A DNA stretch of 64,000 nucleotides from Trypanosoma brucei (GCA_000002445.1 CH464491.1:2944001-3008000), one strand, 5' to 3'. Counted from the first letter of the stretch, positions 32,430 through 43,500 are shown. Translations and numbers: made by a program. The notes: generated by a model not told the origin, from the letters alone.

Positions 32430-34121
32430 ATGCAATCAACGTCTGCAGGTAGCGACTTCGCACTTGGCACATCGGTTCCGCCGTTCTTGGAGCTCTTGCC
32501 ACTACTTGTCATCTTGCTGATATTCGCGTTTGGTATCCAGGCTGTTGTTCTTCTTTCAAAGTCGCGGTGGGAGGATCAGCAGGGAAACGGTGAGGGTGAG
32601 GTGGTGCGCACCATCACAGGGACGTTTTACCGCAGTAGCTTTTACCATCGTTTCTATGAAAACTCGAAGTGCGAGCACACAGGTATTCTCTTGAGCTCTA
32701 CCTTGCTTAATATCGCAAGACATGTGCAGAACGGCTCGAAACAGCTGGTGTGCACAACGGTTTACCCACGCGATGCTCGACACGGACCCGACAAGCAGTC
32801 CGTGCTATTCCTTTTTGACCCACTGAAAAGTGATTCGGAGTTGGTACTGGGACCCTCTTCCTTTGAGTCTACCGGCTTCTTTTACGCAGGTGTTGCGCTC
32901 CGGGGGTTTAATTTACGTGATCAGCTCCCCCGTTACGCTGTGGCAAGCCTCCCAACGTGTGGCATGTGGATTACGGTGGATGACGGCATTGAGGTCACGT
33001 ACCAGCGATGCCGGAAAGATGAAGACTTTGCACAGAGGGTGGATCATGTATTGTATCTGAAAGCGCGTGGGCCCGGCGCCGCGCAAAAACTCGAACGATT
33101 TGTTGATCAGTCGCTGAAGGAGTACATATCAAACCTTCCCCGCACGGCCGGTGGCCAGCAGTATCACTTCCAGTTGACCGGCGGGGAGAAGACATTACAA
33201 TTTACGAAGCAACTACTCTCCACATCAAAGACATTCGACACGTTGTTTTTCTCACAAAAAGATGAATTGCTGTCGCGCCTCGAGCAGTTTGTCGAAAAAA
33301 AGGGGCGCTTCGCTATCGAGGGGTTTCCTTACAAATTGGGTTTCCTTGTGTACGGGGAGTCAGGTGTGGGTAAAACCGCTCTGGTCTCCGCCATCGCTGC
33401 TTACACGGGTCGACATGTTATTTCGCTACATCTTCCTATCATTTCAACGGACCAGCAGCTTTCCGACATCTTTCTTACCCGAACGCTGCGTTGCACTAAA
33501 GATTTTCAACCTTTTGTATACGAACTTGATGATGTTATTTTTCTGTTTGAGGACGTCGACGCAAGCGATGACCTTGTTCGCTGCCGGCAGGCGTCAACGG
33601 GACAAGGACCAGAGGGGGGAAACCAGTGTGGATATGGTTTGGGAGGCGTTGCCTCACAACAGGCGCGATGTGATGGTAGGTACAAAGTCCCGGGTCTCTC
33701 GGGGTTTCTTAACGTTCTTGATGGCGTGGTTGACATGCACTCCCTAATTGTAGTAATGACAACGCGAGACCCCAATGACATTGATTCAGCCCTCCTTCGA
33801 CCTGGGCGTTTTGGATACAAGATTCACATGGAGAATATGCGAACGGACGAGCTAGTGGGGCTGGTAGGACTACACTTTGGAACTGAACAACGACACACGG
33901 CAGAGGTGGAGGGGAAAACAGAAGGGGAACGCAGTGTGAATGCGGGAAGAAACTTATACCGCCTCAGCAGGGCCGACGAGAAGACGGTTCGTGAGTATAT
34001 TGTGTCTCGGTGTGGAGAGGAATTTTCAATTAATGGTAGAGTTGCAGAGGCTATGTGTATGGGTAGTGACACCTTGGATGAATTCTTGGCGCGACTTGCT
34101 AAATGGTACGGTGAAAAGTAA
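32430..34121 (+). CDS. BCS1-like mitochondrial AAA ATPase
   Basis: An N-terminal transmembrane segment (LLPLLVILLIFAFGIQAVVLL) is present. The Walker A motif is FLVYGESGVGKTALVSAIAAYTG and the Walker B motif is VIFLFEDVD. The second region of homology/arginine finger is VVMTTRDPNDIDSALLRPGRFGYKIHM. The architecture is BCS1_N + AAA. Confidence 0.75.
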   Translation: MQSTSAGSDFALGTSVPPFLELLPLLVILLIFAFGIQAVVLLSKSRWEDQQGNGEGEVVRTITGTFYRSSFYHRFYENSKCEHTGILLSSTLLNIARHVQNGSKQLVCTTVYPRDARHGPDKQSVLFLFDPLKSDSELVLGPSSFESTGFFYAGVALRGFNLRDQLPRYAVASLPTCGMWITVDDGIEVTYQRCRKDEDFAQRVDHVLYLKARGPGAAQKLERFVDQSLKEYISNLPRTAGGQQYHFQLTGGEKTLQFTKQLLSTSKTFDTLFFSQKDELLSRLEQFVEKKGRFAIEGFPYKLGFLVYGESGVGKTALVSAIAAYTGRHVISLHLPIISTDQQLSDIFLTRTLRCTKDFQPFVYELDDVIFLFEDVDASDDLVRCRQASTGQGPEGGNQCGYGLGGVASQQARCDGRYKVPGLSGFLNVLDGVVDMHSLIVVMTTRDPNDIDSALLRPGRFGYKIHMENMRTDELVGLVGLHFGTEQRHTAEVEGKTEGERSVNAGRNLYRLSRADEKTVREYIVSRCGEEFSINGRVAEAMCMGSDTLDEFLARLAKWYGEK

Positions 34122-34364
34122 CGCTATTCGTTGTTATGCAGAACAACTGTGTTTTCGTTTCATTTAAGGTCGATGTTAAAGCACGGGTTTTAACCACGTA
34201 CATTTGGAGGGCTGCATCACTTGCACATCAGATGCAACTTTTTGTCGTGCGGGGCCCCCCCTTACGCGATATTTGGGTCCCTCTACCTGCTTCTTCTTCA
34301 TTTGGTTTTTGGCGTAGCAAGCTGAGTAGCGCAAGGCTAACCGCTCTATTTTCTGCCCACAATC

Positions 34365-35321
34365 ATGGCTGTCGCTTACGAAGGACAACTGACGGGTCAC
34401 CGTGGCTGGGTTACATCCCTCGCCTGCCCACAAACGCCTGAAACCGCAACGAAGGTGGTATCCACATCCCGGGACAAGACCCTTCTTTCATGGGGCCCTA
34501 ACCCCGACCGGCACAGCAGTGAGTGCAGCTATGGCCTTCCCGACAGGCGTCTGGAGGGGCACAGCGCATTTGTGTCTGACGTTGCCCTTTCCAACAACGG
34601 GAATTTCGCTGTGTCTGCGTCATGGGACCATTCCCTGCGCTTGTGGAACCTGCAGAACGGACAATGCCAATACAAGTTTCTTGGCCACACAAAGGACGTA
34701 CTCTCCGTGGCCTTCTCTCCCGACAACCGACAGATTGTCTCCGGTGGTCGTGACAACGCTCTGCGCGTATGGAATGTCAAGGGCGAATGCATGCACACTC
34801 TGAGCCGCGGTGCTCACACCGACTGGGTGAGTTGTGTCCGCTTCTCCCCGTCTTTGGATGCCCCTGTCATCGTCTCTGGTGGTTGGGACAACCTGGTGAA
34901 GGTCTGGGACCTCGCTACCGGGCGACTTGTCACGGACCTTAAGGGACATACAAACTATGTCACATCTGTGACCGTTTCCCCTGACGGTTCCCTCTGTGCA
35001 TCTTCCGACAAGGACGGCGTCGCTCGTCTGTGGGACCTGACTAAGGGTGAGGCCCTTTCTGAGATGGCCGCTGGTGCGCCTATCAACCAAATCTGCTTCT
35101 CCCCCAACCGTTATTGGATGTGTGCGGCTACCGAAAAGGGCATCCGCATCTTTGACCTGGAGAACAAGGACATCATCGTCGAGCTTGCGCCGGAGCATCA
35201 GGGCAGCAAAAAGATTGTCCCGGAGTGCGTTTCCATCGCGTGGTCTGCGGATGGTAGCACCCTGTACTCTGGGTACACGGACAATGTCATCCGTGTCTGG
35301 GGTGTATCGGAGAACGCGTGA
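34365..35321 (+). CDS. RACK1: RACK1 / activated protein kinase C receptor homologue (WD40; TRACK/LACK family), copy 1
   Basis: 318 aa beginning MAVAYEGQLTGHRGWVTSLACPQTPE..., with seven WD repeats (GH...WD). Confidence 0.92.
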   Translation: MAVAYEGQLTGHRGWVTSLACPQTPETATKVVSTSRDKTLLSWGPNPDRHSSECSYGLPDRRLEGHSAFVSDVALSNNGNFAVSASWDHSLRLWNLQNGQCQYKFLGHTKDVLSVAFSPDNRQIVSGGRDNALRVWNVKGECMHTLSRGAHTDWVSCVRFSPSLDAPVIVSGGWDNLVKVWDLATGRLVTDLKGHTNYVTSVTVSPDGSLCASSDKDGVARLWDLTKGEALSEMAAGAPINQICFSPNRYWMCAATEKGIRIFDLENKDIIVELAPEHQGSKKIVPECVSIAWSADGSTLYSGYTDNVIRVWGVSENA

Positions 35322-35669
35322 GGCAGCTAAAGGGCATGTGGTATAAGTGGTTTAATTTTGTGCTTTCTGCGCCTTTTCCCGGGCGTGCATACAGTTGCAC
35401 GTAACCTAGAAGGGTGTCGCTTGCAATTTTCATTTGGTCAGCAGTTGGAGCTGTCTTTATTTTTTCTTTTTCACCTAACATTTAATGGCCGCGCTTTTGG
35501 GTACGGAGGTGCGCAGCGTGTAACGTTGGATTTTGTATGCAACTTTTTATCGTGCGGGGCCCCCCCTTACGCGATATTTGGGTCCCTCTACCTGCTTCTT
35601 CTTCATTTGGTTTTTGGCGTAGCAAGCTGAGTAGCGCAAGGCTAACCGCTCTATTTTCTGCTCACAATC

Positions 35670-36626
35670 ATGGCTGTCGCTTACGAAGGACAACTGACGG
35701 GTCACCGTGGCTGGGTTACATCCCTCGCCTGCCCACAAACGCCTGAAACCGCAACGAAGGTGGTATCCACATCCCGGGACAAGACCCTTCTTTCATGGGG
35801 CCCTAACCCCGACCGGCACAGCAGTGAGTGCAGCTATGGCCTTCCCGACAGGCGTCTGGAGGGGCACAGCGCATTTGTGTCTGACGTTGCCCTTTCCAAC
35901 AACGGGAATTTCGCTGTGTCTGCGTCATGGGACCATTCCCTGCGCTTGTGGAACCTGCAGAACGGACAATGCCAATACAAGTTTCTTGGCCACACAAAGG
36001 ACGTACTCTCCGTGGCCTTCTCTCCCGACAACCGACAGATTGTCTCCGGTGGTCGTGACAACGCTCTGCGCGTATGGAATGTCAAGGGCGAATGCATGCA
36101 CACTCTGAGCCGCGGTGCTCACACCGACTGGGTGAGTTGTGTCCGCTTCTCCCCGTCTTTGGATGCCCCTGTCATCGTCTCTGGTGGTTGGGACAACCTG
36201 GTGAAGGTCTGGGACCTCGCTACCGGGCGACTTGTCACGGACCTTAAGGGACATACAAACTATGTCACATCTGTGACCGTTTCCCCTGACGGTTCCCTCT
36301 GTGCATCTTCCGACAAGGACGGCGTCGCTCGTCTGTGGGACCTGACTAAGGGTGAGGCCCTTTCTGAGATGGCCGCTGGTGCGCCTATCAACCAAATCTG
36401 CTTCTCCCCCAACCGTTATTGGATGTGTGCGGCTACCGAAAAGGGCATCCGCATCTTTGACCTGGAGAACAAGGACATCATCGTCGAGCTTGCGCCGGAG
36501 CATCAGGGCAGCAAGAAGATTGTCCCGGAGTGCGTTTCCATCGCGTGGTCTGCGGATGGTAGCACCCTGTACTCTGGGTACACGGACAATGTCATCCGTG
36601 TCTGGGGTGTATCGGAGAACGCGTGA
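35670..36626 (+). CDS. RACK1: RACK1 homologue, copy 2 (protein identical to copy 1)
   Basis: Identical 318-aa translation; one synonymous difference was seen. Confidence 0.92.
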   Translation: MAVAYEGQLTGHRGWVTSLACPQTPETATKVVSTSRDKTLLSWGPNPDRHSSECSYGLPDRRLEGHSAFVSDVALSNNGNFAVSASWDHSLRLWNLQNGQCQYKFLGHTKDVLSVAFSPDNRQIVSGGRDNALRVWNVKGECMHTLSRGAHTDWVSCVRFSPSLDAPVIVSGGWDNLVKVWDLATGRLVTDLKGHTNYVTSVTVSPDGSLCASSDKDGVARLWDLTKGEALSEMAAGAPINQICFSPNRYWMCAATEKGIRIFDLENKDIIVELAPEHQGSKKIVPECVSIAWSADGSTLYSGYTDNVIRVWGVSENA

Positions 36627-36997
36627 GGCAGCTAAAGGGCATGTGGTATAAGTGGTTTAATTTTGTGCTTTCTGCGCCTTTTCCCGGGCGTGCATACAGT
36701 TGCACGTAACCTAGAAGGGTGTCGCTTGCAATTTTCATTTGATCAGCAGTTGGAGCTGTCTTTTTTTTTTCTTTTTCACCTAACATTTAATGGCCACGTG
36801 TGTAACTTCCATTTTCAGGTGTGCCGCGGTGGGGTAGTGCTACTCTGCACGTGGCCTGTCCCGGTGTTTGTCTTTCGCCGTGCGATATATATATATATTT
36901 TTGGGCGTATGTATATGTACATTTGTTCCTGCTTTTGTTTTGTGTGCTGGGCGGAGGTTAGTAGGACAAGAGTGCTGTACGAATTAGATTCGCTAAA

Positions 36998-38650
36998 ATG
37001 CTGCGCCGCGGTGCGACCCTGTTGACAAGTGCCGCGGCTGGTGGATCGTCTGTGGGCAACCCGCCTGCCGTGGCTCCCGGTGTCGTTCGTTCCCTTTATC
37101 GCATGCTTCTCAGGGAAGTTAGGAAAATTGACGAATCACCCCTGTCCAAGACACTTTTCCCGCTTACAGTAGATCTCCAACACTTGACTAAGAGCCACGG
37201 ACCGCTGTATTTTCCCAATGGTCAAAAGTATATGGATATCTTGCGTGAAGTCTTTCATGACGCGGCAACACCACAAAAAGTAAATCTGGCCTTCGAGACA
37301 CTGACACGGCTTAGGTCTCATAACGAGCGAGTAACTTCAAGACTTTCCGTCTTTGAGAAAGACCGAATGCATCTCATCAACACGATGGAAGCGTCACAAC
37401 CCGACAAGGGCTTATACCGTGTTGAGCGCGCCCCATACAATGTTAACGCTACTTCGTACAGACTGCCTGTGGGAGGTGGTCCCTCCTCGTTACACTCAAA
37501 ACTGAAAATTCGGCAAGGTTATGCGGTCGAACTCGAGGAAGGCGTGGCTTTAGTTGCTCATCCGCTCTCTTCGACACACATGGACCGACGTGTGATACTA
37601 ATTTATGAAAAGGGTCCTCATTTCACCACGGGTGTCGTTCTCGACATGTTGTTTACGTACCCGCTTTCGCACGGCAACCCCATGTTTCCAGAGGTGTTTT
37701 GGGGGCACAAGGTTTATGACGGTGGCGTGTCGCAGATCAACTTCACGATGCCTCCCACCGCGCACATCAGCATCTTGCACACACTGGAACCGCCAACAGA
37801 GCCAGAGTCACCTCAGTATCTTGCCTGGCTCAAATGGAAGGATGTTAAGTCAAAATCTAGGAACACAGAGACGACAGCGGAGCATCCTCGGCTCCTATGT
37901 AAGCCCTTGATTCGGGGCGGTGTATTGGATGACGGGACGGTCGAGCCTACGCTGTACCTTTCTAAGGTGGAGGCGCTGCCTTACTTGGCCCAGCTCGTGC
38001 CGGGAAAGCCGCGCTCTTCCGCTAGGGTGTACTGGGGTAATATGCGATGGCCAACCCGCCAACTGGAGGCGGAGGTGGCGAATGGACACTGGATTCCAGT
38101 CAAGCTTTCGCCAACGTTTTTTGGACCATTTCCGTTGATGGCGGAGTCGGGGAGGGCGGACATGTTTCCAACGGTCGCGGAACTGAAGGGCATGAAGGAA
38201 ACCCGTGAGCGACGGTACGGCGTGGATGTTTCGTTGCCGCAGGTTTTCCCTCCGGATCGAATCCTTCGCCGCCGCGAGTGTCTGTGGGACCAAATTATGT
38301 ACTGTCTTGGCGGTGAATACCGTTCCTTGGTTGGTTGTTTCAACCCATTTCTAGAAAGCACGCAGGGCGTGCTACCGTACGACTTGCCGTCCCCACCGTC
38401 CGTCGTTGGTTGTGGGTTGAGTGATACCGAAGAAAGTGTTATGATGATGGAGGACTTAATTGATGACGCGGTTGAAAGGGGTGCTGGGGAAGAGGCGGAG
38501 AGTGGAAATTACGAGGAGGATCTTCCTTTCAGTGCGCAGATGCTCGGGGTGACCGAGGTGCAAGGCGAAGAACAGCTCGCCAAGGGTGAGAGGCCTCCCG
38601 GATCTGAAAAGGAATCAGACAATGAAGACGACGATAAAAAAAAGAGCTAA
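36998..38650 (+). CDS. DUF179 (YqgE/AlgH-like) domain protein with mitochondrial-type presequence and LYR-like motif
   Basis: The N-terminus is MLRRGATLLTSAAAGG... and an LYR-like motif SLYRMLLREVRKI follows. The central region GYAVELEEGVALVAHPLSSTHMDRRVILIYEKGPHFTTGVVLDMLF...KVYDGGVSQ matches the COG1678/DUF179 signature (G..LiA.P.l.d..F.rsVIll.eH...G..G.vlNrp...GGPv). The C-terminal tail is acidic. Confidence 0.5.
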   Translation: MLRRGATLLTSAAAGGSSVGNPPAVAPGVVRSLYRMLLREVRKIDESPLSKTLFPLTVDLQHLTKSHGPLYFPNGQKYMDILREVFHDAATPQKVNLAFETLTRLRSHNERVTSRLSVFEKDRMHLINTMEASQPDKGLYRVERAPYNVNATSYRLPVGGGPSSLHSKLKIRQGYAVELEEGVALVAHPLSSTHMDRRVILIYEKGPHFTTGVVLDMLFTYPLSHGNPMFPEVFWGHKVYDGGVSQINFTMPPTAHISILHTLEPPTEPESPQYLAWLKWKDVKSKSRNTETTAEHPRLLCKPLIRGGVLDDGTVEPTLYLSKVEALPYLAQLVPGKPRSSARVYWGNMRWPTRQLEAEVANGHWIPVKLSPTFFGPFPLMAESGRADMFPTVAELKGMKETRERRYGVDVSLPQVFPPDRILRRRECLWDQIMYCLGGEYRSLVGCFNPFLESTQGVLPYDLPSPPSVVGCGLSDTEESVMMMEDLIDDAVERGAGEEAESGNYEEDLPFSAQMLGVTEVQGEEQLAKGERPPGSEKESDNEDDDKKKS

Positions 38651-39221
38651 TGTCAGGCTTTGTGTGGACACGTCTAGTGACGGCAGCGCCGCGTGTCGTG
38701 CACGCCTCAATATTCACGTCAATATATGCGGAAAACGGTGATATGTTGGAGGAGGTTTTTTGTTTCAAGTGAATAAAGTTTCGTTTAAGTAGCAGTTTGA
38801 TAGGGTGAAGACTGAGGATTGTATACGGAGGAGCCCTTGGGTTCGGTATATATATTCGGGCATATGCTAATGGTATTCAACTGTTTGTTCATAAGCATGA
38901 TATGGACCTGTTTCACTGGGTATAAAACAACCCGATTCCGCTTGCTAATTTAAACATCATTTGCCGTTGTTATTGTTGGCATTTCTTGATACCAACGTGG
39001 CACGGTGTGGCGTCAAACGAACCTAATGCGCGCATTTTTTATCTTCTTAGCTCTTCTCGCGGCTACCATTGCCCCGCTAGCTCTTTTACCATTATTATTA
39101 TTATTGGGGCCCTTTCCTTTCCACCTGAGCGTCCTTCACACGACCCTGTGGCTGAAACGGAAAAGCAGTTATTGGAGTGGTCTATTGTGTCCCCCCCTTT
39201 CCCTCCTGGCCTGTCAGTGCG

Positions 39222-39515
39222 ATGGCTGAAAAAATAGCAAGCGACAAAATCACCCTACATCTCGCGGCAAAGACTGGCATAACAGAGGCCCTGGGGAACA
39301 TGGAATGTGATCCAGCGGAGACACTCGGCAAAGTATTATCCCGCATAAAGAAGAAGCTGAAGCGTCCAGCGCTGTATTTGTTTCTTATGCGCGGTTCTGA
39401 GGGATTCATTCCAACCCCGGACCAGACAATAGGGTCACTGCTACACGCCTACGCGGAATCAAGTGATCAGCGCCACCTGTCTTTCGCTGTGTCGACGGCG
39501 ATATTTCACGGATAA
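39222..39515 (+). CDS. ATG12: ATG12-like ubiquitin-fold protein (97 aa) ending in Gly immediately before the stop
   Basis: The track ORF starts at 39177; the likely start is ATG 39222 (MAEKIASDKITLHLAAKTG...). The C-terminal half LYLFLMRGSEGFIPTPDQTIGSLLHAYAESSDQRHLSFAVSTAIFHG* parallels ATG12 (LFiYvnqsFaPsPDqevgtLyecF...L.l.Yc...AwG*). The terminal glycine is exposed. Confidence 0.6.
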   Translation: MAEKIASDKITLHLAAKTGITEALGNMECDPAETLGKVLSRIKKKLKRPALYLFLMRGSEGFIPTPDQTIGSLLHAYAESSDQRHLSFAVSTAIFHG

Positions 39516-39801
39516 TGTCATCGTTTTTCTGCCGTCGTTATCAATTGCTTGTTTTGCGTTGGCTGACAACGCTTGGCCACTCCCTCTTTCACGCCCCGTT
39601 GTTAGCTTAGACTCTTTGTGCGAAAGCGTTTCTCCCTGACACTTGTCGTTCGTGCTGTTGGGCCCGCCTGTTGGCCATAACAATTTGTGTCGACTCAAAG
39701 AATCAACAAAAAGTAAACCGGGCGAAACAACACAATAGGGCCTAAGCAGACGGTTTCGGAAAAATTCAAAGTAGCAACCGTTAGCCAAGGGGAGCGAAAC
39801 G

Positions 39802-40620
39802 ATGCAAACGTCGCCGGTCCGTCTGGGGGCGCTCATCCGGTACGTATCGTTTCGGCACGCCCCTAAGTTCCGACAGCCACGCCCCGAGGAAGTTATCGGC
39901 CTACCGGTCAAGGAAACGCCGCCTCACTGCGTTCCTGCCTTTGTCCTTCCCGACTTTATCAACGAGGCGGAGGAGCGCGCACTCTTGGCGCTTACGGAGC
40001 CGTGGTTCTCGCGACTTCCGTGCAACGAGGGGCATATGGACGCACTGATACACCATTACAAGGAATTTTATCGATCCTACAAGGGGCTGATGGAGGGTGA
40101 GGGGGCGTGTGGGAGTTGTGAAGACGGATGCCGACATGTGCGTAGGGCTCTCGAGAGGTGTTGGAGCGCGGCAAGTGGATATGTTCCCGCCACGCCATTG
40201 GATGACAGAGTGCATTTCCTGCGGTTGAGCGAATGTGGGTTCATAAGGGCCCATGCCGATGACACCCGCAACTCAAGCGGCATCATTGCCGGGCTGTGCC
40301 TTGGCTCCGCAAGGGTGATGACGCTAACGCACCCCGACCACGCGGGGCAGCGAGTGGAACTCATGCTTGCTCCCCGTGCGTTTTACGTGCTTATGGGGGC
40401 GGCGAGATACAAATGGGAGCACAGCGTTGACTGGATAAGGGATGACGATGAGCACATCGAACGAGTTCGTGGCAGGGTGCCACCGGGCGAGAGATCACTA
40501 GTATTTGACGGAAAGGAAACGGAGTTTAGGCGAGGAGAGCGAACAGCTATTATTTTTCGAGGAGTTTCGCCCCTGGAGTTACTCAAACACAAGACGTTGG
40601 AAAGAAAGGGCCACACATGA
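39802..40620 (+). CDS. AlkB-like 2-oxoglutarate/Fe(II)-dependent dioxygenase
   Basis: The HxD motif is present in RAHADD. Other matching segments are IIAGLCLGSARVM, the second His in YKWEHSV, and the terminal RTAIIFRGV (the R-x-S-x-T-F-R-like 2OG-binding motif). Confidence 0.6.
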   Translation: MQTSPVRLGALIRYVSFRHAPKFRQPRPEEVIGLPVKETPPHCVPAFVLPDFINEAEERALLALTEPWFSRLPCNEGHMDALIHHYKEFYRSYKGLMEGEGACGSCEDGCRHVRRALERCWSAASGYVPATPLDDRVHFLRLSECGFIRAHADDTRNSSGIIAGLCLGSARVMTLTHPDHAGQRVELMLAPRAFYVLMGAARYKWEHSVDWIRDDDEHIERVRGRVPPGERSLVFDGKETEFRRGERTAIIFRGVSPLELLKHKTLERKGHT

Positions 40621-41039
40621 AGGGCATGATCCATCTGCACGTAAGCCGCGGCGTTTACCCAAATTGAGCTGTCATTCGCTTTCTCGGTTGGCGTGAATCA
40701 CGCGATAAATGTGTGAAGGGGGCTGAAGGATATTTTAGCAGCCCCCTGGGCGCGGTTGAGTGCGTATCGATAAAAGGGAGGGGGGCTGGGGGGCGGTCCA
40801 CGGCATGGGTGAGTGGAAGGGGACGTTTTGCCTCAGCTGCAGAGTGATACAATGTGCGTGGCCGCCACGTTACCCCCGCCTTTTTTTGGGGGGGAGCTTG
40901 CGAAAGGAATGGTCGATCTTTTCATATTTTTTATCGTATCAATGTTATTTTTTATCATTCTTCGTCTAGTCCTACTTCTCATGTGGTTAGACAAGTTATC
41001 GTTAGTAATTTGTTGGAAAAGGTGTAAGGTTTTTAAGTG

Positions 41040-43500
41040 TTATGACAGAATATGAGGAGAAAGAGCGGAAAACTAGTCTAGCAGCGCTTAGGAGGTTTGT
41101 GAAACATTGTGGTCCCACGCGATTTACATTCATTACCCGCATACCGTTGAGTAGAAATACAAATCAGGTAAACGGAACTTTACTACTGGAAAATGGAGAT
41201 CTGACTGTATGCGCTCAAGATATGAAAGCAAATATCGCGGATATAAGAGAGGATATAGCGTCTTTTAGTGTCCCTCAGCATCAAGATTTTATAAGAGCTT
41301 TTGAAGAAGCAAAAAATATGCTCAAAAATGAATTGGCAGCATTACAAGAACATAAATCAATATTAATGGTGCAATACGAAATGGCTCGTCCATAGTTGGA
41401 AGACGAACATTTAAGGATTTAACAAGCGGCAGTGAACCACTCAGCAGAAATGCAAGATGTTATACAAAATATGAAAAATCAAATGAACCGGATGCAGGTT
41501 GAAAACAATCAAATACTCAACTAATACGGTATGTTGCAAGGGATGTTAAACCAAAAGGAAACTGAAATACAGTATTGGAAATCTATGGTAAACTCACACG
41601 GGTCAACGAACAAAAAGGAGGAAGTGGACAGCTCATCTATGAAAAAGAAAGTCTATGATTGGAAAAGAGAAGAAAATGAAAAAAAAAAATTGTCACCATG
41701 TAATTCCTTGGATGATATTTTACGAAAGAACAGATGAATACACAACTCCAGGATAGGTTGGGTATTTTTCGGCAGTGCCGACGAAGAGTTGCAGGCGGAG
41801 AGGATAAAAACGAGGAGAGAAAATACACCTTCGAAGGATTCGTGGATTACGTGATGGAGACGTCTCCAGTACACATGTCGGCAGCATTTGAGGAAGTGTG
41901 CCCAATGAAAGTAAGACATGAAAGTTACTACTATAAGACTTGGAATATGTTCGTCAAACGGGTTCATACCATACCAGACGTGGGCCTTGCGGAGGCTTTA
42001 TTCCAACTGAGAAAAAAAAAAAATATATATATATATATACGGAACTGCGTATCCTACAAACGGCATCGATGTTTCCTCGAGTCAAAATCCAAGATATTCG
42101 TAACGGCCCAGAGTCATCACAAAATTCAAAAGACCAATTCTGGCAACTGGGGGAGAAACTAAATAAGGTAAGAGCTCCTTCCCCGGAAAAAGCCAAATGC
42201 TATGTGGCCGCATTGGACATTACAGTACGACATGTTATGTGAAGGAAACAGCGGTATGTAAATCAAAAAACGGGGTTCAACCCTCAGAGCAATAAATTGA
42301 GGGATCGTTAATGCCTTGGGGTCCAACCACATAAGAAAAAATTGAGTGGAAACATACCAAGAGAGAAGAAAGGAAAGAACACAAACACGCTTTACATCAA
42401 GGCGAAGAAATAAGGGCAGAAAGTTTGAAAAGGGTGAAAATAAAAGGATACTGGCTCAGATGGTCCGATCTCATCAGAAAAGAACTTCCTCCGTTAAAAA
42501 CCTCGGTAAACGGGGTAACGGTGATCCCGGCACCATCTCACGATCCGATCGTGGTGGCATTGGAAACAGAGGCCAACAGGATCGCCTTAAGTGCATGGAC
42601 AAAAACAACATGGGAGCAAAGGGTGTCCATACTACGGAGACTTTGCGAGTTTGCGGAAAAGAACAACATAGATTCGAGAAGGGAACGTCCCTTTATTCGT
42701 CCTAAGTTTACAATTGGCAAAAAGCAGCGCCGTCCAGTATAAAAGGACGTTATTAAGTTTATTGGCCGCTGTAAGAACACCGGCGCAGATGTTTCTGGCA
42801 TGCCTACAAAAATCAGCGACCAAGGTGCTGATAAAGCAGGCTAGCCCCATGGAGAGATGGGAACTCGACTAGATAAGCGATATGATGACTACGAATCGGG
42901 ATCGAGTGGCGTTGCGCCTGGCGCGGATTACGGCAAGTTGATGGGTAGAAATTGCCCTCCATCAAAAAGAAAATTTTATACCGCGTCCCACCGACAGAGA
43001 GGCTTCTCATACTAGATTGGGGAGCCCTTCCGAAAACGTTCAAGATCAACCTAAACATGGCGGCACGATACGTAGTAATAGGAGGAACAGACGCAAAAAT
43101 GGTTCGGGAACTAACGACAACATTGGAGGAAAACGAAAAAATTACCAACCTGTCCACAAAAGATTTGGAAAAAATACTCCGTCCCTATGGAATGACAGCA
43201 CACTCCATAAAAAGAGGGGCACTAGCCCATGCACCGACAGTGGTCTTCGAGCACGACCTCGACCCGCGTTTTTTAACCCAACTGGGAAAAACAGCGGATC
43301 CTTTGGAATTTCCACGCAGCACGGCAAGATATCTCGGGCATTGTGTAGCACTAATAAACAAATCAGAGCAATTGACTCAGCACGTGCAGAGGAGTTATAG
43401 AGATGGACTTCGGCCCGATGGGCGCTACCAACTGCATGTGGAGAAAGAGATCAAACGCTATTTCAGGGACATAGCATTCTGAGACGCACCCATCACACGA
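41040..43500 (+). other. Purine/A-rich degenerate region with fragmented coding-like ORFs; candidate decayed retroelement (DIRE/ingi-like remnant) or old pseudogene
   Basis: Several 100-180 aa ORFs lie in different + frames (41042, 41734, 42425, 42952) with protein-like but unrecognised composition. The + strand has strong A bias, with A12 and (AT)8 at 42012-42039. No intact RT or endonuclease motif was found. Confidence 0.25.

Larger units (their letters stand above)
34237..36798 (+). repeat. Tandem duplication, two units of ~1305 bp, each carrying a complete RACK1 gene plus flanks
   Basis: The unit offset 34365 to 35670 is 1305 bp. Flanks such as ttgtcgtgcggggcccccccttacgcgatatttgggtccctctacc are repeated. 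Only a few substitutions are visible: aaaaag/aagaag at 35221/36526 and ggtcag/gatcag downstream. Confidence 0.9.

Noticed and set aside
34121-34160. Spliced-leader-RNA-like fragment ('aacgctattcgttgttatgcagaacaactgtgtttt') just after the BCS1-like gene stop
   Set aside because: Only the first ~9 nt resemble the SL exon (AACGCTATTATTAGAACAGTTTCTGTACTATATTG); the rest diverges. It is judged a chance match in a 3' UTR.
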